NCBI GenBank assembly: GCA_023251835.1
Contig: JAHEXZ010000022.1
Span: forward strand, 251-64,250
DNA length: 64,000 nucleotides
Reading direction: 5' to 3'
Origin: Bacteroidota bacterium
Lineage (GTDB): Bacteria; Bacteroidota; Bacteroidia; 2-12-FULL-35-15
Positions 28,853 to 38,707 of this stretch are shown here, piece by piece; position 1 is the stretch's first letter; every line of letters starts with the position of its first letter. The notes below the pieces were generated by a model. That model ran no database searches. It was not told the origin of the DNA and saw only the letters and a list, made by a program, of their open reading frames with translations. The position numbers and the translations under genes are program-made.

Positions 28853-31800
28853 AAGTCGAGACTAAGCGATATATACCAAAGTGGTTTTAGAACAATTCCA
28901 TCCTGAACTCCCCAAGCCCTGTCTATACGTATAAAATAGCCAAACAAACGGCTTCTGACACCCCATCCATAGCCACCAACAATCGGATCATGCAGTGTGT
29001 TTAAAGTTATAATAAGTGGTGTTTGAGAAGAACCTATAACGGTTTTGTTGAGTGAATTTTTATCTGAATAAGGTGAACTTCCTGTCCAGGCAGTACCTAC
29101 ATCACCAAAAGCAACAATTTGAAAATTTTGAGCAAAGTCAGAACGTATAGGTCGCTGAGAAAGATATTTAAATACCGGAAAACGTAATTCACTGTTGATT
29201 GCAATAAAGCTGTTTCCATTACGTATATTCTGATAAAATCCCCGCATATTGGTTGCCAGTGTCTGGTAAGCATAATTCTGATCGGTAGCAATATTGGTTG
29301 TATTATCAAACCTGGCTCCAAACCAGTTATCTACGCCTCCCATATAATAGATTAGTTTTTTATTGCCAAACGATGTGCTTCCTGCAATGCGGTTTGCCCA
29401 AATAAAATCACGATGAATTTTTTGGTAATGGCGTGCATCAAATCCAACAACAAAAAAATCTGTTTTAGCTTTATCTAACTGGCGGTAGTACTCTCCGAAT
29501 ATCTTTGCACGTGAACCATTGAATATATTCAATCCTCTTTTAATTGTATTGTCAAATACATATTCTCCTTTAACAAAGGCCCAGTTTTCCTGTGTATTTG
29601 GCTTAGGAAGAGTATTATCATTTGTTGCTAAATATACAATCCTGTCGTTACGGTAGCTTATTGTTCCTCTTAAACTTGCCACTTCACTAAATGGATATTT
29701 TAAAATATATTTTGCATCATGTGTAAAAATTTTAACCAGCATGCTGTTATCTGTTACATTAAGTAATGTCTGGCGATGTACTACAATTTGTTTATCCAGA
29801 TTTTTCATCCGGTCTTCATAACTCAAAAAGTATTCATTATTATTAAAATCAAAAGAAAAACGCATACCACCTGTAATGCGATAATCTTCAAACAGATCAC
29901 TCATACCTACTTTAAAAAAAGCATTCAGACCCGGATTTAAGTAAATAGGGCTTCCTCCCCCGGTAAACTTTTGATATGAATTGTTTAGGAAAGAATTATC
30001 CAACTGTGAAACCACATAATCAACCGAATAATTTGTATTATAATTACGTTGTTTGGCCAATTGAAATTCAGCATCTTTTTTTACAGACAAAGAATCATAT
30101 AGGTGAGCTGATGTTTGTTTATTTTTTTCTATTTTTTTCTCCGGCTTTGGTTGTTCGTTTTCAAATGTATAATTATTAATATCAATTTCTGATGAATCTT
30201 TCTTCACCGGCTCTTGATATGTGTTTTTGATAGTTATTACATTTTCGATTGCAGGTGTTTCATTAAAAATTTTGTTCCTGGTTTCAGCTTCAAGTTGTTC
30301 TTTTTTATCAACGCGATTCCTATAATCGCGGAAAGAAGTATTTTTCAATTCAACGGCAGTGGTAGTTTTAGTGCTGGCCAATGGCACAACATACATCTTA
30401 TATTTTCCTTTTTCAAAAATTATCTCGCTCAGCTTTGTTGTTTTTATATTTACATCCTGCTCCAGGATACTACGCGAATAATTGGTAATTGGAAAGGTTG
30501 TAACAACAGTACGGTAGTGGGCGGCCGTATCAATATAAGCTATAACACTGTCGAATTTGGCAATATACCGGTTACGTATGCCATTCAAATCGCTTAGGTA
30601 AGAAATATGAGAACTATCATAGTCACCCGGATAGGTTTCATCAATACCGGGTGTATTGGTAACACGTATTAGTATAGGTGATTTGGTTATATTGTTAAAC
30701 ATAAATATATCTTTATGTGGCTGAGCATTTTCATATTTATGTTTGGGATTAAAAAAGAGTGTATCTGCCGGCCGGTTTGAAGCAAACACTATACCTTTTG
30801 AGCCATGCACAAAACGTGGAGTAAGATCATCATAAATATCCTTGGTTATCTGATCATAAGCACTGGAAGAGGCCGTAAACACATAAATATCGGTCTGACC
30901 TTTTTGTACTGCCGACATAACAAAGCGTTTACCATCATCGCTGTATGAATAATCCAAAATTTTCTCAAAGCCGGTAATATTGCGTTCAGCAAATTCTTTA
31001 GTTTCCATATCATACGTTTTCATCACAATATAGCCTTTACGCTCTATTATGAATGAAAACAACTTATTGCTTGGATGCCATGCCACTATGGGATATGAAT
31101 AATCATTGATCCGGTCTATCTTATGGTCTGCTTTATAAATACGTTTGGTTTTATTGTTTTGAACATCATACAACCAAAGCTTGTTCTGTCCCATTTCATT
31201 GGTAGTATATAAAACATAGTTACCATCCGGACTAACTTTCAACTGGCTGTATACCCTTGTGGATTTTGGTTTTAAAAGAACAGGAGCCTGTGAAGGTAAT
31301 GTTTTGGCCGGGTCTTTGTCCGCATATTTATTCTTATATGATTCCAGACACTCTTCCCATAAATTGCGGATAGAGATTCCTAATACAAACAGTGAAGAGT
31401 TATCAATATTACGGCTCACCTTAGTCATGTATAAAATGTTGGAAATCACAGCCTCTCCATAGTTATCTGCCACATGCTTCCACAAAGCATGACCAGCATA
31501 AACAGCATCAGCACCTTCCAAACGGTTGATATTTTTGTATTTTCCGCTTAAAATACCATCCTTAACACGATTGTCTATATCTGAATTCCAGTTATTCGCT
31601 ACATAAGATACCAGCCCTTTCTGATACCAGTCAGGTAAGTTTAAAAGAGTATTATTTTTAAGCATTTCACGCACATTACCACCATACATTATATGATTAA
31701 TAAGTACCTGTGCCACCCCTTCGCGAATCTGGGCATCCAGCTTATCATGGTCGCCTTCATAATACAAAATTACTTTTGTACCAACAATGGTTGTAATACC

Positions 31801-32178
31801 ACCGGTATTATATTGAGCGTCTGTAGAAAGACCTATATTACTTTGCTTAAAATCAGAATGTTTATTGAAAATAATAAACTGAAAACGCTCATCTACAGCA
31901 TAATCAAACAGCTTCTCAATAGCAGTTATCTGCTTTTTAGCCGCTTGGGAAACATAATCAGCCAGTTCCCTACCTTCCTCATAAAAATAAATATCGTAAC
32001 GGTCGTAGCTGTAATAGGTCCAAAAGAAATCCTCGTATTTTACCCTGTTTTTACCAAACTCCATTTGAGAGCCTGTATAAAACTGAGCATCAGAAATATA
32101 AGTATTACCTATAATGCCAAGCAAAATGATAAAGCTGGTTATAAGCTTTTTATAAAAATAAAAAAAAGAAGTCCCCAA
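28849..32178 (-). CDS. Omp85-like barrel protein with TolB/PD40 propeller and degenerate metallopeptidase-like N-domain
   Basis: Signal peptide; FGKNRVKY; propeller repeats (VSPDG, AWHP, YSDDG); C-terminal barrel with LRGFYQ-like MRGFYQNIRNG, NSELRFP, FGDVG and a terminal Phe. Confidence 0.65.
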   Translation of the reverse strand: MGTSFFYFYKKLITSFIILLGIIGNTYISDAQFYTGSQMEFGKNRVKYEDFFWTYYSYDRYDIYFYEEGRELADYVSQAAKKQITAIEKLFDYAVDERFQFIIFNKHSDFKQSNIGLSTDAQYNTGGITTIVGTKVILYYEGDHDKLDAQIREGVAQVLINHIMYGGNVREMLKNNTLLNLPDWYQKGLVSYVANNWNSDIDNRVKDGILSGKYKNINRLEGADAVYAGHALWKHVADNYGEAVISNILYMTKVSRNIDNSSLFVLGISIRNLWEECLESYKNKYADKDPAKTLPSQAPVLLKPKSTRVYSQLKVSPDGNYVLYTTNEMGQNKLWLYDVQNNKTKRIYKADHKIDRINDYSYPIVAWHPSNKLFSFIIERKGYIVMKTYDMETKEFAERNITGFEKILDYSYSDDGKRFVMSAVQKGQTDIYVFTASSSAYDQITKDIYDDLTPRFVHGSKGIVFASNRPADTLFFNPKHKYENAQPHKDIFMFNNITKSPILIRVTNTPGIDETYPGDYDSSHISYLSDLNGIRNRYIAKFDSVIAYIDTAAHYRTVVTTFPITNYSRSILEQDVNIKTTKLSEIIFEKGKYKMYVVPLASTKTTTAVELKNTSFRDYRNRVDKKEQLEAETRNKIFNETPAIENVITIKNTYQEPVKKDSSEIDINNYTFENEQPKPEKKIEKNKQTSAHLYDSLSVKKDAEFQLAKQRNYNTNYSVDYVVSQLDNSFLNNSYQKFTGGGSPIYLNPGLNAFFKVGMSDLFEDYRITGGMRFSFDFNNNEYFLSYEDRMKNLDKQIVVHRQTLLNVTDNSMLVKIFTHDAKYILKYPFSEVASLRGTISYRNDRIVYLATNDNTLPKPNTQENWAFVKGEYVFDNTIKRGLNIFNGSRAKIFGEYYRQLDKAKTDFFVVGFDARHYQKIHRDFIWANRIAGSTSFGNKKLIYYMGGVDNWFGARFDNTTNIATDQNYAYQTLATNMRGFYQNIRNGNSFIAINSELRFPVFKYLSQRPIRSDFAQNFQIVAFGDVGTAWTGSSPYSDKNSLNKTVIGSSQTPLIITLNTLHDPIVGGYGWGVRSRLFGYFIRIDRAWGVQDGIVLKPLWYISLSLDF

Positions 32179-32316
32179 AATGATCTTTATTTAAGCATGC
32201 TAAGTTACTAAATATTGATACGAATCACAAGCGCTATATTTTACTCTTATTTTTGTTTAAATTTGCCCTTGGTTTTCGGCAAAAACGAATTTATTGATTT
32301 AATAGTATTATTTAAA

Positions 32317-33081
32317 ATGAAGAAATTCTTTCTCGCTCTTATTTCTTTGAGCTTTACTGGAATCATCTATTCACAAAACAGTTCCGGAAAAAAAGTAGAT
32401 ACCGATAAAAAAATGGAAGATGTTGTGTACCTTAGAAATGGGGCTGTTATCAGAGGAATAATTATTGAACAGGTTCCGGATAAAACACTCGAAATAAAAT
32501 CCAATGACAATAATTATTTTATCTTTGACTATAATGAGATTCAAAAAATTACCAAAGAAAATCAGTTAACAGACCCTACCGATTACAAGAAGAAAGGATT
32601 TCTTAGTATAGAAGAGTTTAACTACGGCTTTGGTATCTCTACTATCAATACCAGCCATGGAGCACTTGTGATTAATGGCGATTTCCCGACAATAGCTATA
32701 CGCTCAATAAATGGTTATCAAATAAATGAAATGTTCTCCGCTGGAATTGGTGTTGGTTTTGAAGCTTTTTTAGATGGAGATCAAAAGGGGGCTATGATAC
32801 CATTTACATTAGATGCAAGAATTAATTTTAAAAAGGGAAAATTATCTCCTGTATTAAATCTTAATGGGGGTTATTCAGTTGGGGTTGAAAATTCAAGTGG
32901 TTTGGCTGCAAACCCATCCATTGGCATAAAATATTATCTGACAAAAAAAATAGCTTATCTGTTTAATATCGGATATAAAGTTCAGCAACAACGTGTTATG
33001 CTGCCTGACCAATGGGGAGTGCCTGTACCACGTATTGTCAATTACCAGTTTTTGGCATTAAGCACCGGACTCACATTCTAA
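32317..33081 (+). CDS. Exported protein: small N-terminal beta domain plus outer-membrane beta-barrel
   Basis: Likely start MKKFFLAL (32317); DVVYLRNGAVIRGIIIE domain; barrel strands ending in F. Confidence 0.65.
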   Translation: MKKFFLALISLSFTGIIYSQNSSGKKVDTDKKMEDVVYLRNGAVIRGIIIEQVPDKTLEIKSNDNNYFIFDYNEIQKITKENQLTDPTDYKKKGFLSIEEFNYGFGISTINTSHGALVINGDFPTIAIRSINGYQINEMFSAGIGVGFEAFLDGDQKGAMIPFTLDARINFKKGKLSPVLNLNGGYSVGVENSSGLAANPSIGIKYYLTKKIAYLFNIGYKVQQQRVMLPDQWGVPVPRIVNYQFLALSTGLTF

Positions 33082-33117
33082 AAACCAGCTCAAACTGAAT
33101 TAATATTATCTCATATA

Positions 33118-33756
33118 ATGATTTCTATCCATACCTTTACATTTGGTCCTTTCCAGGAAAACACATATCTCCTGCACGATGAAACTAATGAATGTATCAT
33201 TATTGATCCTGGCTGCTATGACATTGCTGAACGTAAAAAATTAGTAGACTTCATTGATACACAAAAACTGAAACCTGTTAAATTAATCAATACTCACTGC
33301 CACCTTGACCATGTTTTTGGAAACGGCTTTATTGCAGGGAAATACAATCTAAAACCTGAAATAAATAAACACGATAAACAGGTACTGGACACCTTCCTGA
33401 TGACTGCGAGTCTTTATGGATTAAATGCAGATCCATCGCCTCAGCCTTCGGTATACTTAGATGAAGGCGACATAGTGAAATTTGGAGACTCCGCACTAGA
33501 AGTAGTATTTACGCCAGGACATTCTCCCGGAAGTATCACCATTTACAACCGCGAACAAAAATTTATGATTGCGGGAGATGTGTTGTTTTATGGCAGCATA
33601 GGCCGCACTGATTTACCGGGAGGCGATTACCAAACACTTATCAGCAGCATCAAAAATAAACTATTACCCTTAGGTGATAATTATACCATTTACAGTGGAC
33701 ATGGGCCTTCTACTACTATTGGTTTTGAACGTATGAATAATCCCTTTCTTATCTGA
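33118..33756 (+). CDS. MBL-fold metallo-hydrolase (glyoxalase II-like)
   Basis: THCHLDH, TPGHSPG, GDVLF, SGHG. Confidence 0.95.
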   Translation: MISIHTFTFGPFQENTYLLHDETNECIIIDPGCYDIAERKKLVDFIDTQKLKPVKLINTHCHLDHVFGNGFIAGKYNLKPEINKHDKQVLDTFLMTASLYGLNADPSPQPSVYLDEGDIVKFGDSALEVVFTPGHSPGSITIYNREQKFMIAGDVLFYGSIGRTDLPGGDYQTLISSIKNKLLPLGDNYTIYSGHGPSTTIGFERMNNPFLI

Positions 33757-33773
33757 TAACTTTTCATTTTTTA

Positions 33774-33995
33774 ATGAAAACGAAACTCCTATTAGGCAAA
33801 TACCAACATTACAAAGGCAAAGAATATGAAGTTATTGGTATTGCCCAACACAGCGAAACGCTTGAAGAGTTGGTTGTTTATAAGGCTCTGTACCAACCCG
33901 AGGGAAAGAATCTTTGGGTTCGCCCTTTAAAAATGTTCACAGAAACTCTTACTATTGAAGGAAAAAAAGTGCCCCGATTCAAATACATATTGTAA
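33774..33995 (+). CDS. DUF1653 domain protein
   Basis: YQHYKGKEYEV...HSETLEELVVYKALY...WVRP..MF. Confidence 0.9.
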   Translation: MKTKLLLGKYQHYKGKEYEVIGIAQHSETLEELVVYKALYQPEGKNLWVRPLKMFTETLTIEGKKVPRFKYIL

Positions 33996-34076
33996 ATACC
34001 TTTTTTTTTCGTACCTTAGTCACACATCTTTAAACAGTTAGTTATTCCATTTTGTTTAAAAAAAAAATCAAAAGCC

Positions 34077-35690
34077 ATGAATACATCTATATTCAAATCA
34101 GCAGTTTCAGCCATAGTGCTTAACGGATGTTTTAACTTAACATTCGCACAAAATGAAATCAGTTATGATTTTCTTGATGTAAATAATATCAAGGCAACCA
34201 TTAATGCCAGCGGGCACCTGTTTGGCAGTTTACAAAACATACCTGAAAATGAAAGAAATGGTTTTGAAATTAAAAATACGGATGGTAAACATGCTATACG
34301 TATTGCCGGACTTTGGATGGGTGGCAAAGAAGGAACCAAATACCACATTAATGCTCCAACATTTGGTGTTTGGGGAAGGGATGTTTACCAGGGGCCGGTA
34401 ATGAAACAGGAATTTTACAATGCGGCAGAGGACGCTAAATGGAACAGAATATGGAAAATATCTAAAGAAACTATAAAAAATCACATCGCTAATTTTGCAT
34501 CCAAAGACTATGTTATACCGGAAGAAATAGCCAACTGGCCCGCTTCAGGTGACATTCAAAAAGGGCAATCCCCAAACCTTGCTCCCTTTGTAGATATAAA
34601 TGCAAACGGCATTTATGACCCACAAAACGGAGATTACCCATCTATCAAAGGAGATCAGGCAATCTTATTTATATACAACGATCACCGTGCCATGCATACC
34701 GAATCAATAGGCACATACCCAATGGGAATAGAGGTTATAGGCATGGCCTATGCTTTTGCAAACTCATTCAACAAAGCGTACAACAATACTATATTTGTAG
34801 ATTTCACCATTATCAATCGTTCAGGGATTGATTATAATGATGCCAAATTAGGCGTATTCACCGACATTGATTTAGGCACTGTTACCACAGATGAATACCA
34901 GGGATTCGACTTAAAACGCAGCACCTATTTTGGCTACAATGCTGATAATGGTAAAACAGCCGAACAGTTTGGCCGCAACAAAAATCCATTTATGTCTGTT
35001 ACCTTGCTAAATGAGCCATTCTCTGGTTTTATGACTTATAATAACGATTGCAACATGAATGGCAATCCAATAATGCCAACTGATTATTATTTCTACCTGA
35101 ATAACTATTGGAAAGATGGTATGGTAATGACAAAAGGCGGAAGCGGTAAAGGCGGTACGGTACATTACAATTATATGTATGATGGTAACCCCTCAACTGG
35201 TGAAGGCTGGACCGAAAAATCAGTAAACAATACGCCTGGCGACAGAAGAGGATTAGGGATGGTGGGACCTTTTGAATTTAAGGCCGGGCACATTAAAAAG
35301 ATTTCTGTAGCTTACAATTTTTCAGGTGACTTTGAAGACATGCAAAAAAATGCAGACAAATACACCAACGATTTTAAAAATAATTCCGGCCTATTTGCGC
35401 ATGAAACACCTGCATTTGCAGCTTCTACAGGAGGAACCAACATAAAATCAATGGATGTGCTGGTATATCCAAATCCTGCTAATACAAATACAACACTTAG
35501 TTTCAGCAACCCTGCCAATGAAGTATACAGCATCAACGTATATGATATTACAGGAAGGAAAATACTCTCCGAAACACAATTAAACGGTACACAATATCAA
35601 TTGAATACAAGCAAATTAGAAAAAGGACTTTATGTTATTGAACTTATGTTTAAAGATAAACGAAATAGTTCAAGATTAGTGATTCAATAA
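34077..35690 (+). CDS. T9SS type-A cargo of unknown function
   Basis: Signal peptide, LDVNNIKATIN domain, CTD VYPNPAN...DITGR...KGLYVI...SRLVIQ. Confidence 0.85.
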   Translation: MNTSIFKSAVSAIVLNGCFNLTFAQNEISYDFLDVNNIKATINASGHLFGSLQNIPENERNGFEIKNTDGKHAIRIAGLWMGGKEGTKYHINAPTFGVWGRDVYQGPVMKQEFYNAAEDAKWNRIWKISKETIKNHIANFASKDYVIPEEIANWPASGDIQKGQSPNLAPFVDINANGIYDPQNGDYPSIKGDQAILFIYNDHRAMHTESIGTYPMGIEVIGMAYAFANSFNKAYNNTIFVDFTIINRSGIDYNDAKLGVFTDIDLGTVTTDEYQGFDLKRSTYFGYNADNGKTAEQFGRNKNPFMSVTLLNEPFSGFMTYNNDCNMNGNPIMPTDYYFYLNNYWKDGMVMTKGGSGKGGTVHYNYMYDGNPSTGEGWTEKSVNNTPGDRRGLGMVGPFEFKAGHIKKISVAYNFSGDFEDMQKNADKYTNDFKNNSGLFAHETPAFAASTGGTNIKSMDVLVYPNPANTNTTLSFSNPANEVYSINVYDITGRKILSETQLNGTQYQLNTSKLEKGLYVIELMFKDKRNSSRLVIQ

Positions 35691-35713
35691 TAGTTATTAA
35701 ATAAAGCTATTCT

Positions 35714-35750
35714 AAACACCCGGAAATTAACTATTTCTGGGTGTTTTTAT
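35714..35750 (+). terminator. Rho-independent terminator
   Basis: AAACACCCGGAAAT / ATTTCTGGGTGTTT stem followed by T-rich sequence, after the stop at 35690. Confidence 0.75.
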
Positions 35751-35853
35751 TAGAGTATAGACAAATTGCATTTCGAAATATAAAAAATGATTTATTGCTT
35801 GTGCAATTTGTCATAAGGCTGTAAACAAATAACGAAATCTATTATCGTATAAA

Positions 35854-37503
35854 ATGCAAATCCTTCTCACTACCTTAAATTCCAAATATATTCACATGAA
35901 TCTTGCCATTCGTTTATTATACGAATTGAACAAAAAACATAAAGGACTATGCTGGAAAGAGTTTGTAATTAAAGAAGATAAAAACGAAATAGCCAGATAT
36001 TGCAGCCAATACAACATTGTTGCTTTTAGCTGTTATATCTGGAATATCACTCCAACACTTGAAGTAGCAAAAAAGATAAAAGCACTAAACCCTGATTGCA
36101 AAATACTTCTGGGAGGTCCGGAAGTAAGTTATGACTGGCAGGAGGTAATAGAGCTCCCTTATATTGATTATATTATTACAGGAGAAGGTGAAATACCATT
36201 TGCTGAATTTATCAAACACTTCCCTTCTACCGATAAAGTGCCAGGCCTGGTATGGAAAAACAATGATATTGAATTTGAAAATGCTGCGCATCCTCTGTTC
36301 GACCTCAATAATTTCACAGCTATAAATCCCTATATAAATGATAACCCGGAAGAATTGTACAATAAGGTCTGTTATATCGAAACATCAAGAGGATGCCCGT
36401 ACAAATGTGAATTTTGCTTAGCCAGCTTAGATAACAGGGTGCGTTATTTGCCCATTGAAAGCATCAAGGCTAATCTGATTTATTTAATGAAATACGGCAG
36501 AACCATTAAATTTTTGGACCGCACATTCAACATAAAAAAAGATTTTACCATTGCTATTTTTAAATTCATTTTGCAACACCATCAGTCCGGAAATGTTTTT
36601 CAGTTTGAAATAACTGCCGATATTGTCCATCCCGATATTATTAAATTCATTAATGAGTATGTTCCAAAAGGTTTATTCCGTTTCGAAATTGGTATCCAAA
36701 CGATAAATCAAAAAGCGAATTTAGAAGTCGGCAGAAAACAAAATTTTGAAAAAACAAAAAGTATCATTCAACAATTATCCCCTAAAGTGGAGATGCACTT
36801 AGATTTAATTGTTGGATTACCTTTGGATTATTGGGAAGATATTAAATACAGCTTTGAAGAAGTATTTAAATTGTATGCACCCGAACTGCAATTAGGCTTT
36901 TTGAAATTTCTGAAAGGAACTCCTGTTCGGGAAAAGTATGAAAAATATGGCTTTACGTTTGACCCCAATCCGCCTTATCAAATCATTGAAAGTAATTTCA
37001 TATCAGCCAAACAACTTCATGAAATTACGCTTGTAGAACACGCTCTTGAAATTTACTGGAATAAAAAAAGAGCAGTAAACACATTAAAATACATCGCATC
37101 AAACCATTCTATATTTGATTTTCTTTTAGGCCTTGGATTTTATTTTGAAACAAAAAGAGATTTGCATAAGTTTTCCTTAGTAGACGTTTATGAAATTATT
37201 ACCGAATATGTTTCTTCCAGCCTCGGTGACAATAGCATTGTTAAACAAATGATTGCTATTGATTATTACCTTCATCACAAAGTAAAACCAAAAACATTAT
37301 TTATAAACGAAGTTGATAGAACAATCAAAAATCAAATCATTGATCAAAATCAACTAAACCATCATAAATACAGGTATGTAATTTTACCTTTAAAATTTGA
37401 TTTTAATTTATTTGAAAAAGAAAATAAAGTGGAAAATGGTGATTCAAAAATCATTATTCAATATGATGGCGTAAATAAGGCAGAAGTGCTTTGTTGTTAT
37501 TAA
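35854..37503 (+). CDS. B12-binding radical SAM protein (DUF4080-type C-terminus)
   Basis: B12-binding domain (FSCYIWN, LGGPEVS, GEGE); ETSRGCPYKCEFC (CxxxCxxC); HLDLIVGLP. Confidence 0.9.
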   Translation: MQILLTTLNSKYIHMNLAIRLLYELNKKHKGLCWKEFVIKEDKNEIARYCSQYNIVAFSCYIWNITPTLEVAKKIKALNPDCKILLGGPEVSYDWQEVIELPYIDYIITGEGEIPFAEFIKHFPSTDKVPGLVWKNNDIEFENAAHPLFDLNNFTAINPYINDNPEELYNKVCYIETSRGCPYKCEFCLASLDNRVRYLPIESIKANLIYLMKYGRTIKFLDRTFNIKKDFTIAIFKFILQHHQSGNVFQFEITADIVHPDIIKFINEYVPKGLFRFEIGIQTINQKANLEVGRKQNFEKTKSIIQQLSPKVEMHLDLIVGLPLDYWEDIKYSFEEVFKLYAPELQLGFLKFLKGTPVREKYEKYGFTFDPNPPYQIIESNFISAKQLHEITLVEHALEIYWNKKRAVNTLKYIASNHSIFDFLLGLGFYFETKRDLHKFSLVDVYEIITEYVSSSLGDNSIVKQMIAIDYYLHHKVKPKTLFINEVDRTIKNQIIDQNQLNHHKYRYVILPLKFDFNLFEKENKVENGDSKIIIQYDGVNKAEVLCCY

Positions 37504-37552
37504 TAAACAAAGCAAAACAACTACTGGTTTTAGTTCTACGATCACTTTATCC

Positions 37553-38632
37553 TTATCCTTTTTTCACAAACTTTCTTACTAAATAACTATTTACGGGCTG
37601 CTCAAAGTAATAATAACTTACCGAGCTGACTAAAATTGAAAAACCAAAAAGAAAAAGAACAAACAAATAATAGTTTGAAAAAACAATATACGTTTGATTC
37701 ATTTTGATAAAATACTCTATAATCAAGGCATGGAACATATAAAAACCATAACTTATCTTCCCAAAATATAGCATATACTTATTTGAAAGTAACCGCGATA
37801 TGTAGCCTCTTTGTAAAGAGAACACAAGAATAATAAAGGAAATTGGAAGCCAATAATAACAGGAAAACCGATATATAGCGTTTATCGAATTATGAAAAAT
37901 AAAGAAGCAGAAAAAGATCATTAGGGAAAAAAGCTCCAACAATGTCATAAACTTTAATGCTTTGCTTCTTTGCAGCTTTATATAAATTTCAAATAACAGA
38001 ATCCCTACTAAAAAATCTACTAACCTAAATACTGGATGTATATAAAACCATTCTGGACGAAAACCTGTTTCTAACGTTTCGTACATCAGAATTGGAATGA
38101 TGGCACAAGCAAATAGAACAGCTATGATAAAAAATTTTAAATTCTTAGTCAAAAGAAAAATAATTGCGGGAAATAACAGATAGAAAAATGCTTCATTAGA
38201 TATACTCCAAGAAACAGAATTGAATGACCAAAACCAATTCCCTTCTGGAAGAATATAGGCTTGAAGAAGATAAAAATTCACTGCAAAAGGGAGTCCCATC
38301 ATATCGTTCATATTGAAATTCCATAACATGAGTAAAGGAATTGAAGCAAATAATGTAAGCAGGTGTAAAGGATATATTCGAGCAAAACGTAATACCCAAA
38401 AGTTTATTTTTGTAATCCTTTTCTTTACGAATTTATCTTTATAAGTATATGCCATAATAAACCCACTAAGTATAAAAAAGAACCCAACCCCAATATAACC
38501 CTCTTTAAAAATATTGATTGCAAGCCATTGTGTTTGACTATCAAAGTGCATAGCAATCCTCGAATTACAGATATGCAGTAGAAACACCATTAAAGCAAAT
38601 ACAAACCGAAGCGCAGTAAGAGAATTAATCAT
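37553..38632 (-). CDS. Acyltransferase 3 family (OafA-like O-acyltransferase)
   Basis: LTALRF, GV.FFFILSGF, RFARIYP, WSISNE..FY, GKISYGFYMFH. Confidence 0.92.
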   Translation of the reverse strand: MINSLTALRFVFALMVFLLHICNSRIAMHFDSQTQWLAINIFKEGYIGVGFFFILSGFIMAYTYKDKFVKKRITKINFWVLRFARIYPLHLLTLFASIPLLMLWNFNMNDMMGLPFAVNFYLLQAYILPEGNWFWSFNSVSWSISNEAFFYLLFPAIIFLLTKNLKFFIIAVLFACAIIPILMYETLETGFRPEWFYIHPVFRLVDFLVGILLFEIYIKLQRSKALKFMTLLELFSLMIFFCFFIFHNSINAIYRFSCYYWLPISFIILVFSLQRGYISRLLSNKYMLYFGKISYGFYMFHALIIEYFIKMNQTYIVFSNYYLFVLFLFGFSILVSSVSYYYFEQPVNSYLVRKFVKKG

Positions 38633-38707
38633 TTACGATGACATTCATTAAAGAAAAATTATCAACCAATTACTCTGGCCACTTGATCGATTTATAAATG
38701 CATTTAA

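Noticed and set aside
32-31462. Many 60-150 aa ORFs antisense to, or in alternate frames of, the large genes (e.g. 32-481, 5212-5589, 18526-18834, 30214-30597)
   Set aside because: Fully nested in well-supported genes, with no motifs and compositions typical of shadow frames.
31693-32211. 172-aa + strand ORF
   Set aside because: Antisense shadow of the 5' part of the Omp85-like gene; no recognisable domain.
33118-33995. MBL hydrolase plus DUF1653 as a defence or beta-lactamase module
   Set aside because: The motifs fit the common glyoxalase II-like housekeeping family, there is no signal peptide, and no defence context.
35690-37553. RiPP cluster around the radical SAM gene
   Set aside because: No precursor peptide ORF, SPASM/RRE domain, peptidase or exporter nearby.
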